A stretch of DNA of 55,226 bases, filler included, from Malassezia furfur (Eukaryota), in NCBI GenBank assembly GCA_052055015.1. It is 3 parts of 3 records of this genome, joined end to end, with 100 filler letters (N's around TTAATTAATTAA, not from the genome) between each part and the next. Parts side by side here need not be neighbours in the genome. Positions count along the whole stretch, not along the records: positions 18,606 to 36,917 come from JBQJIT010000208.1; positions 37,018 to 55,226 come from JBQJIT010000209.1; 1 more part is not named here. One strand, written 5' to 3'. The notes below the pieces were generated by a model. That model was not told the origin of the DNA, ran no database searches, and saw nothing but the letters and a program-made list of their open reading frames with translations. Positions within the stretch are counted from its first letter, which is position 1. Each line of letters opens with the position of its first letter. This document shows positions 35,185 to 45,594 of the stretch, piece by piece. The position numbers and the translations under genes are program-made.

Positions 35185-36330
35185 ATGAAGGGCCTGTTCA
35201 AGCGCGGACCCCGCATCCCCGAGGTGAACAAGCCGAGCGCCTCGGACCCGTACGGCAGCGGCCCCAGCGACGCTGAGCTCCTCGCCGAGTACGGCGGTGG
35301 CGTCTCTGCCCAGCGCGCGTCGCGGCCGCAGCCCCCGTCGGACCCGTACGGCGCACCACGCGACCCATACGGCGCACCACGCGACCCGTACGGCGCACCA
35401 CGCGACCCGTACGGCGCACCACGCGACCCGTACGGCGCGGCCTCGTCGCGCGGCAGCGGCACGCCCACCGGCTCCCAGGGATACGCGTCGGGTCTCTCGT
35501 CGTACGCACAGCCCTCGTACAACCCCAGCCAGGCGCCGGCGTACAGCGGTGCCGGCGGAGCGGCGGCGTCGTCGTACCTCGCGCACGACCCCTACGCACA
35601 GACGCAGGAGCAGCAGCCGCTGGATCCCGAGGAGGAGGAGATCCAGGATCTCAAGTTCCAGATCCGCGCCACGAAGCAAGAGTCGCTCAGCAGCACGCGC
35701 AACGCTTTGCGTCTGGCGCGTGAGACGGAAGAGACCGCGACCAACACCATGCTCAAGCTCGGCGAGCAGAGCGACACGATCGGCGACACGGAGCGCCACC
35801 TCGACATTGCCAAGGCGCATGCGTCGCGTGCCGAGGACAATGCGCGCGAGATCAAACAGCTCAACAAGTCGATCCTGCGCCCCAAGATCATCCGCAACAA
35901 GCGCGCGAAGCGGCAGGCGCAGGAAGAAAAGGCGCTGCAGCGCCACGTCGACGAGCGCACGGAGCGCGAGCTGACGCGCGAAGAGGTCCTTTCGTCGCAG
36001 CGCCGTGTCGACGATGCGGTGAACGACAGCGGGCCGTTTAACCGGCTGCGGAACAAGTTCCAAGGCACGCAGGCGGAGCTGGTGGACCCCAAGGCACAGC
36101 GCGCGCGCTACCAGTTCGAGGCGACGCAGAGCGACGACGAGCTCGAGGACGAGCTGGACGCGAACCTGGACGACATTTCGGCGCTGAGCGCACGCATGAA
36201 CCTCCTCTCCAAGGCGATGGGCCAAGAGGTCAATGCGCAGAACAAGCGCCTCGAGCGCGTCTCCGACAAGACCTCGGCGCTCGATACGCGCATCTACGCG
36301 GGCACGCAGCGCCTGGCGAACCTCAGGTAG
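35185..36330 (+). CDS. SEC9: Plasma-membrane Qbc-SNARE Sec9 (SNAP-25 family)
   Basis: Two SNARE helices (TKQESLSSTRNALRLARETEETATNTMLKLGEQ; EDELDANLDDISALSARMNLLSKAMGQEVNAQN) with an RYQFEA linker. Confidence 0.92.
   Translation: MKGLFKRGPRIPEVNKPSASDPYGSGPSDAELLAEYGGGVSAQRASRPQPPSDPYGAPRDPYGAPRDPYGAPRDPYGAPRDPYGAASSRGSGTPTGSQGYASGLSSYAQPSYNPSQAPAYSGAGGAAASSYLAHDPYAQTQEQQPLDPEEEEIQDLKFQIRATKQESLSSTRNALRLARETEETATNTMLKLGEQSDTIGDTERHLDIAKAHASRAEDNAREIKQLNKSILRPKIIRNKRAKRQAQEEKALQRHVDERTERELTREEVLSSQRRVDDAVNDSGPFNRLRNKFQGTQAELVDPKAQRARYQFEATQSDDELEDELDANLDDISALSARMNLLSKAMGQEVNAQNKRLERVSDKTSALDTRIYAGTQRLANLR
35341..35437 (+). repeat. 21-bp coding minisatellite GACCCRTACGGCGCACCACGC (DPYGAPR), about 4.6 copies
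   Basis: Near-perfect tandem copies are directly visible. Confidence 0.95.
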
Positions 36331-36348
36331 TGTACAGCTACGGCGTGT

Positions 36349-36917
36349 CTAGTAGATCTCATCAAACGGCCGGGTATCGTGAAAGCAGCTGTCCCACACC
36401 TCGTCGACGACGCGCGCGGCGGTCGCCTCGTCGGGGCACGCCGCGTTGCCGCGCACCGACAGGATCGCACGGCGCCGCGCACAGTTCTGCAGCTGGCGCA
36501 GGAAGGTGTAGTTGTGCCGGTTGATCTCGCGCGTCCAGCGACAGTCGCCCGAGAGCGTCGCGGCGCGGATCTCGCTGCAGGCATGGTGCCGCAGGTTGCT
36601 CCAGTCGACCTGGAAGCGGCAGTGGTCCCACCAATGCACCATCTCGTGTGCAAGCGTGTCTTCGAGGTGCGTCTTGCTGTAGATGCGGTTCGCACACAGC
36701 AAAATGCCCGCCTCGCTCGGCGGGCGCCCAGGCGGCGACGGCGAGAAGCCGCCGGCAATGTCGGGCGGGCACGACGCGATGAGCAGCTTCGGCGGGACGG
36801 AGAGCGTCCCAGCATCGCTCGATGCGCGCGGCGTCACCGGGTCGCAGTCGAGGAGCGTGAGATGCTTGACCATGAAGCGCACCATGGGGCTCGAGCGGAG
36901 CAGGTCGTCCTGCCACT
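36349..36917 (-). CDS. ATP23: Mitochondrial inner-membrane metalloprotease Atp23 (5' end lost in gap)
   Basis: Contains [32 protein letters not shown] (HExxH), HHACSEIRA and [12 protein letters not shown]. Confidence 0.93.
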
Positions 36918-37017
36918 NNNNNNNNNNNNNNNNNNNNNNNNNNNNNNNNNNNNNNNNNNNNTTAATTAATTAANNNNNNNNNNNNNNNNNNNNNNNNNNN
37001 NNNNNNNNNNNNNNNNN
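36918..37017. other. Artificial scaffold gap/linker (44 N + TTAATTAATTAA + 44 N)
   Basis: Identical in structure to the gap at 18506-18605. Confidence 0.98.
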
Positions 37018-37797
37018 CGCGGCGCCCGCGGCACCAGCCGCGCCGACGGCGGCCGCCGGCACTGCGGACGAGGTCCGTGCGCCCTCGTCTGCCGGGATCG
37101 TCTCGTCCGACACGGCGCTGGCGACATCGTCGTCAATGTACTCGTCGTCGTCGAGCGAGTCGCCCTCGTGCGTGCTCGTATAGGCTGCATCATCATCGTC
37201 ATACTCGCCGCCGTCGTCGCGCGAGTACTGACTCGGCTCAGTGTAGTCTTCCGAGGCGCGAGGGGCGCCACTCGCGCGCGAGGGGCGCGCCGAGGACACA
37301 TACGTCTCCTGGTCCTCGTCGGAGTACACGCTCGCATCGTCCGTGCGGCGCGACGACTCGGTGTAGCTGCGGTCGTCGTATTCGCCGGACGGGCGCGTGG
37401 ACGCATCGTAGTCGTCGTCCTCATCGGACGCGGTGCGCTCTGTATAATCGTCGTCGTCGTACTCGTCCGAGTACTCCGACACGTCTTCTTCGTCTTCGTA
37501 CTCAGGCTCCTGGGAGTCGTACGTGCTCGCCAAATCCTCTTCGTCGTCCTCTAGGATGTCAGAGTACTGGTCGCGCGCCCGCGACCCGGTGCCGGCGGCG
37601 CCTGCGCCGGCGGCAGCGCCCGTTGGACCCGCGGTGCGGCTGCCAAAGCGCGAGGCACCGGTCGCATTTGCGTCGTTCGCGCTGGGGACCGGCACGCTCT
37701 GTGCGGTGTCTGTTCGTGCAAAGGTTTCCGTCTCAGGCTCATCCTTGCGGCGGCCACGGAAACCCATTAGTTTGGATGGATTAAACGCCTTGCGCAT
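37018..37797 (-). CDS. Hypothetical protein, Asp/Glu/Tyr/Ser-rich N-terminus (3' end lost in gap)
   Basis: Open frame from ATG 37797 (MRKAFNPSKLMGFRGRRK) into the gap, with coding-like codon use and repeated acidic segments punctuated by Tyr. Confidence 0.65.
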
Positions 37798-38889
37798 ATT
37801 GTGCACCACGACGTGCTCGCTTGCTGGTCACAAGCGCGCCAAACTGTGCGGTGGTGAAAGAGAGACGCCAAGGGTAAGGAGAAAAAGAAGGACGGTTCAC
37901 GGAAGATCAGGCACCGACGAGCGGCGATCGCGGGTGTGACGGCAGAGAAGGATGATGTGCGTCCAGACGCGCTACCTCTACCCCGAAACCGTAGCTGCCC
38001 AGGGGTTCAATCGGTGTACGTCGCGTGAACAAGATGGTCGTGACGCTGCCTGCGTCCACTGCAGCGCAACTGCCAAACCCAAACTTCTGCTGGGGTGATC
38101 TCGCCAGCGTCTCCACACCCCCTGCCGCTCCCAATGCAGCCGACGCATCGGGACGTGCATCCACCAATCAAATGCGGCTCCGGCGAAACAAAACTCGCAT
38201 CGCCCCGGCTGCCGCAGTGCCGCGCTGCACAAAATCGGCAAGGAAACTCGACTGGCATTAATCGCTATGCAAGGTGCGCGCGACCCTTGGCGTCAAGATT
38301 GGCCCTGTGCAGTGACCGGCTCCTACCCCAGGCTGTGGGGTCAGATGGCAGGCCCGATCCTGTGATCCAGGATGCCCCCCTCACGTGGTACAAATGAAGT
38401 TGGGGGCACCACGCGAGGCACAGCGATGATCGACGCAGCTCGCCGGCGCCCCGGTTTGCGATCGTCGTGCTGGAGCGTGCGGAGTAAGCGTGCAAATCGG
38501 GCCGAGGCGTTCTGCCGCAGGGGCACCGTGTGCCAGCCGCCCCTATAGTTTCGCGAGGACCTCGTGTGCCGACCATGAATCGTCGTGCCAAGCCGGCGCG
38601 TACCCCCCCTGCCGGCCGCCGTGCTGGCGGACATTGCCGCGCCGGCGCCTAGCTCCTGTAGGTTCTCGCCTCGTGCCCTGCGTAGTTCATACACACCTCC
38701 ATCGCCTCACCTAGCCCTCCACATGGCCACAGCGGCGATGGCGTGACGCGTGCTGAGAAAGTGGCATTTCCGCTCAACTCATTGGCCGCCTCCACCTGCC
38801 TGCGGGGCTGCTTGCGTGATGTGCGAAGGCGCGATTTCTTCGTGGCGGGCACGCCTGAGTCTTCTTGGTAGCGACCGACGACGTCCAGC

Positions 38890-41800
38890 ATGACCACCTC
38901 GCGTCCGTCCGCGCTGCAGAACACGGCCATCTTTGCCGGTGGCGCTTTGGCGGGTGCTGGTCTGTACTCCCTTGCGCGTTCCCTCGTCGCGTCGAAGCAG
39001 GCGCCTGCCGTCGACTCCCGGCTGGCGGAGGCCGTGCCGGAGCGCGCCGTCGACCAAGCGCCGCAGCCGACGACCGCCGAGCCGCAGCCGTCGCCTGGCG
39101 CAGACTTTGTGCCGCCCACGTCATCGGATGATTTGTACGACGAGTGTGGTGTGATGGGCATTCCCTACGAGGCGCGCGCGCAGCTGCCGCCCGTCGACGA
39201 GCTGGCGACGCACATGGATCTGGAGCACGCGCACCCTCTGCTGCCGACGCACGTCACGTCGCAGGCGCAGTTTGACGTGCCCGTCCTGGCGAACACGCAG
39301 CTTGCCATCGAGATGCTGGCGTACACGCACAGCGACGTTGTGTTCAGTTACGAGAGTAGCGTCGCGGGCGGGTTCGGTGCATACTGCGAGGCGCAAGAGC
39401 GCGCCGCGCAGGCCGGTGATGCGCCGCGCACGGGCGCCAAGGTGTACTCGATGCAGGCGCGCGCCGGCGCCGGCAGTGCAATCGCCGGCTTCTTGCTTGG
39501 CGAGGGCACCGCCTCGGCGCCAGCCGCGGTGGAGCGCGCGCGTGTCACGGCGCTCGTCAATGCGCAGAGCCTCCAGGCGATGGGCCCCGCGCTTGCGTCC
39601 ATGGACGCTACGAACCGCCACAACCTTGTGGTGCACGTGTCGACGGCGAGCCAGTCGACCTCGGACGAGCTGCTGGTCACGAACGACTACGCCGCGACGC
39701 TGAACACCGCGGCGCTGCTCGGCGACGCCGGCTTCGAGGTGGTGCTTTCGTCGACGCGCGCCGAGGCCATCGAGTGTACGCACTATGCGTACACGCGCCA
39801 GGCCGACAAGCCGCTTGTGCACATCTTTGAAGGCGCGTACGCCGGCAGTGAAGTCGGCCGTGTCGTGGTGCCGGGCGCGAAGGCCAAGCCTGCGTCGCCG
39901 CTGTCGCCGTTTGCGTACACGGGCCCTGCGTCGCCCGACACGGTGCTCGTCCTGCCGAACGGTTCGCTGTCGCTCATGGCGCGCGCTTTGCTCGTGTCGC
40001 TTAGTGCGTCGCTGCGCGGCAAGGTCGGCGTGTTGAGCGTGCGCCAGCTGTACCCGTGGAACGCCTCCGAGCTTGCGCGTGCGCTCCCGTCGAGCGTGCG
40101 CACCGTGCGCGTCGTCGAGGAGGCGTACGCGGCGCTTGGCGGCGCGCTCTACGCCCACGTCCTTGAGTCGTGGCTCGGTGGGTCGTTTGGCGCGCGCAGC
40201 ATCGATGTGCAGTCGCTGGTGCTGCCCCCCGGTGAGCCGCTCTCGCCCGAAGAGTGGCACGCGCTGCTGTCGGCCGCCGCGTCGTCGCCCGCGCCGCTGT
40301 CGCTTGCGCAGATCCGCGCGGAGCGCACCGAGGCGTCGCTGGTGGACCTCCTTTCGCTGTCCAGTGCGCAGCTCATCACGTTTGTCGGCGGGGACAAGGG
40401 CGCGACCACTGCGGCCGCGCGCCTGCTGGCCGACTGGCTGTTTGCCGACAATGCATCGCTGCACGTGCGTCTGCTGACGCGCTACGACAACTACCACGCG
40501 TCCGGCGCCGTGCGCGCCGATCTGGTGGTGAGCGAGCGTGCGAGCGACATTCCCCTGCCGCTGCTTGCGCGCCGCGGCGCATCGCATGTGGTGGTCGTCA
40601 GCGAGCCGAGCACGGTGCTGCCGAGCTTCCAGGCCCTGGACGCTCTCCGCGAGAACGGCACCGTACTCCTGAACGCCGGCGGCTGGGCGCAGGAAGACGT
40701 CGAGGGCGCGCTGTTCGCCGCCGACCAGCAGCTGCTGGCGCAGCGCCACGCCACGCTCTACGTCGTGGACGCGGCACAGGCCGCGCATGCGCTCGTTGGC
40801 CATGTCGACGCGCACGCCACGGGCAAGGGCAAGACGGGCGACGCGCCGAGCGCCGCGGACCTTACCGCGAGCGTCCTGGCGGCGTCGGTGGTGAGCGCGG
40901 TGGCGGCCTCGTCGCAGAACGTTTTGGCCACGCGTCTGCCCAAGCTCGCGCGTGTGGCGTCGCACGCGGGCAAGACGCTCGCCGCCGCCGCCGAGGAGCA
41001 CACGCAGGCCATCGACACGCAGGCCTTTGCCAACGCCACGGACGAGCACGCGGAGCGGGCGGCGGAGCGTTTGACTTCGCTTGCGTACAACAGCTTCCAG
41101 CCCGCAACGGGCGAGGAGGAGACGTCGTCGTCGGTGACCCGTGCGTCGTGGGCGTTTGCCGCATGGCAGCTGCTTTTCCGCGAGGCGTATGCGCTTGAAA
41201 GCCGCGCGCTGCGTCCTGACCTGCCCGAGAAGACGTACGACGTGACGGTCAGCGTGAACAAGCGCCTGACCCCGCTCGAGTACGACCGCAATCTGTTCCA
41301 CATGGAGCTCGACACGCGCGGTACCGGGCTCAAGTACGAGGTCGGCGAGGCGCTCGGCGTGCACGGCTGGAACGACGACGAAGAGGTGGCGCGCTTCATC
41401 CGGTGGATTGGTTACAACCCGGAGGAGATCGTGAGTGTGCCGAGCGTGATCCACCCCGGCGAGTTTGAGAGCCGCACGGTGTACCAGGTGCTGCAACAGA
41501 ACCTCGACTTGTTCGGCAAGCCGCCCAAGAGCTTCTTCGAGGCGCTCGGCAAGGCGGTCGCGAGCAAGGACGAGGAGCGCTGGCTGCGCTTCATCAGCTC
41601 CGCCGAGGGTGCCAGCACGTTCAAGAAGCTCTCCGAGGACGAGACGGTGACCTACGCCGACGTCCTGCACATGTTCCCCACCGCGCATGTCAGCATCGAC
41701 TGGCTCGTGGAGCATGTGGAGCCGATCAAGCCGCGCCACTACTCGATCGCTAGTGCGCAGGTGGCCGTGGGCGACAGCGTGCACCTGCTCATCGTGACGG

Positions 41801-42444
41801 TCGACTGGAAGACGCCGCGTGGAAGCACGCGCTACGGCCAGTGCACGCGCTACCTGTCGCGCCTCACGCCAGGCACCAAGGTGACGGTCAGCATCAAGCC
41901 GTCCGTGATGAAGCTCCCGCCGCTCGACACGCAGCCGATCATCATGGCCGGTCTGGGTACGGGTGCAGCGCCGTTCCGTGCCTTTTTGCAGGCACGTGCG
42001 TACCAGCGCGCCCAAGGCAAAGAGGTCGGGCCGATGTACTACTACTTTGGCTCGCGTCACCAGGCAGCCGAGTATCTCTACGGCGAGGAGCTCGAGGCGT
42101 ACCTCAGCGACGGCCTGCTCACGCACCTCGGCCTCGCGTTCTCGCGTGATCAGGCCAAGAAGGTGTACATCCAGCACAAGATCAAGGAGGATGGCCGTCA
42201 GCTCACGGCGTTCCTCGCGCCGGAGCTGGGCGACCAACCCAGCGAGTCCGAAAAGGTGGCTGAGGCGCTCGACCATGACGGCCGCAAGGGTGTTTTCACC
42301 CTGTGTGGTCCCGTCTGGCCCGTGCCTGACATTCAGGACGCGCTCATCACTGCGTTCATCGAGCGCGGCTGGACCAAGGAGCAGGCCGAGGCGCACCTCG
42401 AGCAGCTCAAGGACGAGGAGCGCTATGTGCTCGAGGTTTACTAA
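38890..42444 (+). CDS. MET10: Sulfite reductase [NADPH] flavoprotein (alpha) subunit
   Basis: PFOR-like N-terminal half and FNR-like C-terminal half: NKRLTPLEYDRNLFH, KPRHYSIAS, IMAGLGTGAAPFRAF, YYFGSR, AFSRDQ and ERYVLEVY*. Confidence 0.95.
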   Translation: MTTSRPSALQNTAIFAGGALAGAGLYSLARSLVASKQAPAVDSRLAEAVPERAVDQAPQPTTAEPQPSPGADFVPPTSSDDLYDECGVMGIPYEARAQLPPVDELATHMDLEHAHPLLPTHVTSQAQFDVPVLANTQLAIEMLAYTHSDVVFSYESSVAGGFGAYCEAQERAAQAGDAPRTGAKVYSMQARAGAGSAIAGFLLGEGTASAPAAVERARVTALVNAQSLQAMGPALASMDATNRHNLVVHVSTASQSTSDELLVTNDYAATLNTAALLGDAGFEVVLSSTRAEAIECTHYAYTRQADKPLVHIFEGAYAGSEVGRVVVPGAKAKPASPLSPFAYTGPASPDTVLVLPNGSLSLMARALLVSLSASLRGKVGVLSVRQLYPWNASELARALPSSVRTVRVVEEAYAALGGALYAHVLESWLGGSFGARSIDVQSLVLPPGEPLSPEEWHALLSAAASSPAPLSLAQIRAERTEASLVDLLSLSSAQLITFVGGDKGATTAAARLLADWLFADNASLHVRLLTRYDNYHASGAVRADLVVSERASDIPLPLLARRGASHVVVVSEPSTVLPSFQALDALRENGTVLLNAGGWAQEDVEGALFAADQQLLAQRHATLYVVDAAQAAHALVGHVDAHATGKGKTGDAPSAADLTASVLAASVVSAVAASSQNVLATRLPKLARVASHAGKTLAAAAEEHTQAIDTQAFANATDEHAERAAERLTSLAYNSFQPATGEEETSSSVTRASWAFAAWQLLFREAYALESRALRPDLPEKTYDVTVSVNKRLTPLEYDRNLFHMELDTRGTGLKYEVGEALGVHGWNDDEEVARFIRWIGYNPEEIVSVPSVIHPGEFESRTVYQVLQQNLDLFGKPPKSFFEALGKAVASKDEERWLRFISSAEGASTFKKLSEDETVTYADVLHMFPTAHVSIDWLVEHVEPIKPRHYSIASAQVAVGDSVHLLIVTVDWKTPRGSTRYGQCTRYLSRLTPGTKVTVSIKPSVMKLPPLDTQPIIMAGLGTGAAPFRAFLQARAYQRAQGKEVGPMYYYFGSRHQAAEYLYGEELEAYLSDGLLTHLGLAFSRDQAKKVYIQHKIKEDGRQLTAFLAPELGDQPSESEKVAEALDHDGRKGVFTLCGPVWPVPDIQDALITAFIERGWTKEQAEAHLEQLKDEERYVLEVY

Positions 42445-42591
42445 GCACAGACCCTTCGGGCGTGCGCACGGCCTGCAGCCGACCGTAGTCGATAGCACGT
42501 GACATTTTTGGGAAATGGATAGTTTTGGAAGCCGCGGCGAGCGAGGGCGCCCTGCTGCGATCCGAAGCATTTGTCTCTCACCACTAACGCG

Positions 42592-43210
42592 ATGGCGACT
42601 GTTGCCCAGAAGATCCTCCGCACGGCGAACGCGCCCAACGTCCCCCCCACCGAGACCGAGGTCCTCGTGTGCCAGGCCCTGATTGACCTGGAGAACCACG
42701 TCCCGGAGCTCAAGGCTGAGCTGCGCCCCCTCCAGGTCAGCTCGGTGAAGGAGGTCGACGTCAAGGGCGGCAAGAAGGCCTACGTGGTCTTTGTGCCCAT
42801 GCCCCAGCTCAAGGCCTTCCACAAGATCCAGCAGCGGTATGTATTTGCGTTGCGAAAGAACCGTGTGCTAACCTTGCAGGCTAACCCGTGAGCTCGAGAA
42901 GAAGTTCTCGGACCACCACGTCGTGTTTGTTGGCCAGCGCCGCATCCTCCCCAAGCCGAGCAGCCACAGCCGCGCCAAGCAGCCCCGGCCCCGCAGCCGC
43001 ACCCTCTCGTGGGTGCAGGACGCCATCCTTGACGACCTCGTGTTCCCCACCGAGATCACCGGCAAGCGCACCCGTGTCGCGACCGACGGCAGCAAGCAGA
43101 TCCGCGCTGCTCTCGACTCGAAGGACGCGACCAGCCTCGAATACAAGCTGGACACGTTCTCGAGCGTGTACCGCAAGCTCACTGGCAAGGACGTTGTCTT
43201 CTCGATCTAA
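42592..43210 (+). CDS. RPS7: 40S ribosomal protein eS7; 1 intron
   Basis: Contains [36 protein letters not shown] and [13 protein letters not shown]. Intron 42837-42879 (43 nt, GTATGT...GCTAAC...GCAG). Confidence 0.97.
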
Positions 43211-43800
43211 GAAGCCGACAGTTTGTCATGCAGTCGTCCACTTGCCCGGTCGCAGCGATCACTTGCTCCTACCTGCGACTGGAAAAGCCGCTTTTTGCCT
43301 GTCTACAAAACGGCCGCGAGTATGACGACCGGCGGTGCGTACAGGCGCTCGTTGGACTGGGCTGCCATGTACTATTGTCCATCTTCTTGTTCTCTGTACC
43401 GTCCACTGCCAAGGTGCAATCGCCATACCCTGTAGTCGGACGTAACGCCAAAAAATAACTCGTCATCGACCGATATAGTGTGCGTCGTGGGAAAGCGAGC
43501 TACATGCGCGGCGTAGGCAGCGGCGCGCACCATGGCAGCAGGCCGGCCGTACGCGCTGCCGAGAAGCCCTCGACAGGTTTTTACGCCGGTGCGGCTGCAT
43601 AAACCAAGACAATTAAGAATTACGCGCGTGCCTATGCGTGTACATTGGATGCTCCTTGCCTCGTGCACACGTCCCTTTTGTGTCGCGTCTGCGGAGCCGT
43701 GCCATGTGTCACGACCGGCTCCGTAGGCTTGGGCTGCGTGCGAATTAGCCGCCCGATTCTCCCGATCTCGACGACCGCCTGTCAGGGTCCACAGGGCTTC

Positions 43801-45087
43801 ATGGACGAAGTGGTGCCGAAGCTGTGGATCGGCGAGCTGCCGTCGTGCCTCACGCCCGATTACCTGGCCCATGCCAATATCCACTGGATTGTGTCGTGTA
43901 TGCGTAATCCGCCGACGCCGCCCCGCGTCCCAGAGGCCGACGGTAGCACACGTACCATTCCGCAAGACCATGTGCTTGTCATCCCCATGGACGACCAAGA
44001 AGATACCCCTGCCTACATCTACTTTTCTCAGTGCAACAAATTTCTTGCCAATGCGCTGCATGACTCATGGGAAGATGACGAAGAGCCCACCGAGGATACG
44101 CAAGATCCGCACTACGTCGAAGGCCTGACCCTCCGCCAGGGCCGCCCCGGCCTATGGAGCCCGCACGCCGAAGGCGCCGTGCTGGTGCACTGCCAGGCCG
44201 GATGCTCACGTAGTGTCACGGTATGTCTACGTGCTCACCTAGATGGTCGCCGCGTACCTTATGTGGAGCCGGGATTTGACGGTTGCGCAAGCGCTCGCTC
44301 TGATCCGGCGCCAGCGTCCCATGGCGGAGCCCAACGAGGGATTTATGCGCCAGTACGTGCGGCGCCTGCTCACCCAGACTCGAATTGTTCCAACAGGAAA
44401 AGTGCCGCGTCAACCTGCAGAGCCGCGACGTGCGGCGCTACCTCATCAGCCGAACGAATGCGCTGGATGGCCCTGTGACGCCCGACATGCTGCTGACGAC
44501 CTACCCCTACACGGCGCCGTCGGATCCCTACTCGGACGTGCGCATTGACGCGCAGGACGGCGCCGAAGTGGCCGCGCAGGCGCCCACCACGTGCCTTCGC
44601 TGCAAAAAGTGCCGGCACGAGCTCGCGATCGATCAGCATGTCGTGCAGCACGAGCCAGGCAAAGGCAAGATGGCCTTTGAGCCGCACCGGCGCGACGGAG
44701 CGCGGCGCGGCGGCGACTGGACGCCGACAAGTGCTGATGGCGCCGTGAGCGCGGCACAGCCAACACTGCCGCCGCATCTCGCGCGCATCCGTGCTGGGAT
44801 TGCGGCGCAGGCGGCGCAGACCAACTTGCTGCACTCGCCACAGTGCTCGGCGTACTTTGTCGAGCCACTCAAGTGGATGGTGGAGTCGAGCAACTTGGTC
44901 GAGGGCGAGTTGGCCGGGCGGCTGCTGTGTCCCAACGTGCGGTGCCACGCGAAGCTCGGCACGTGGACCTGGGCTGGCTCCCAGTGCGCCTGGTACGTCG
45001 GTGTGTGACTGACACAGTGGAGCCTGGGTGACGCCGGCGTTTGCACTACAGCGTGCCAAAGTCGATCAGGTGCGGCGATATCTATAG
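43801..45087 (+). CDS. YVH1: Dual-specificity phosphatase Yvh1/DUSP12 with C-terminal zinc domain; 3 introns
   Basis: Active site VLVHCQAGCSRS, EPNEGF, LRCKKCRHEL, YFVEPLKWM and CPNVRCHAKLG..W.GSQCACGAWVTPAF. Introns at 44221-44242, 44353-44377 and 44993-45017. Confidence 0.92.
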
Positions 45088-45089
45088 GT

Positions 45090-45514
45090 CTAGCCCAAGA
45101 AATTGACCACGAAGAAGTGCAGTACAATGGAGGCGAACACAAACTGGCCAAACGCGCTGCGTGTGAGTGGGCCGACGTACTGTCCCTGGGAAGAGGCGTC
45201 GGCGTTGGTGAGCGCCTTGGGGTCCGTCTGCAGGCGGAGCGCGAGTGTGAGCACAAACTGGCCGACGGTCGCCGCGAAGCTGTGTGAGCGGCGCGCACGC
45301 ACCCCGCAATGAACGAGTTGAACGGGTAGTTGGAGATGAACATGCAATACGCGAGCTGCGCGATGCCAGTCACCAGCAGAAACGCGAGGAACGCATCGAG
45401 CACCTTAAACGGAGCCGGCGTCGTCTGCTTGTACGACGACACAAGCTTGTGCAGCGCGCTCGACACGTCGCCGGCCGCCGACGGTGCGGGTGTCGGTGCC
45501 TTCTTTGGTGGCAT
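45090..45514 (-). CDS. OST2: Oligosaccharyltransferase subunit Ost2/DAD1; 2 introns
   Basis: Contains KVLDAFLAFLLVTGIAQLAYC, NYPFNSFIAG|FAATVGQFVLTLALRLQ and LHFFVVNFLG*. Introns at 45280-45302 and 45157-45180. Confidence 0.93.
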
Positions 45515-45594
45515 GCGGTCAAGCCACTGCCACGTGCGTCCACGTGGGGAAAAGAAGAGAAAGTGCGCGCGTCGCCGCCTCTGAGCACCACAGC

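Noticed and set aside
1951..42444. Possible cofactor/vitamin gene cluster (CAB3, BUD16, BioDA, MET10)
   Set aside because: The genes belong to different pathways, are interspersed with unrelated housekeeping genes and are separated by scaffold gaps.
39121..42822. Very long antisense or alternate-frame ORFs (e.g. 1233 aa here; 15749-18325, 21585-24317, 28574-30541, 4173-5546, 45370-47643)
   Set aside because: They lie opposite well-supported genes and have no recognisable motifs. They are expected shadows of high GC and strong codon bias, which remove stops from other frames.
43290..43800. Possible snoRNA or small ORF between RPS7 and YVH1
   Set aside because: I could not find paired C/D or H/ACA boxes or a credible coding frame. 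An Rfam scan would be needed.
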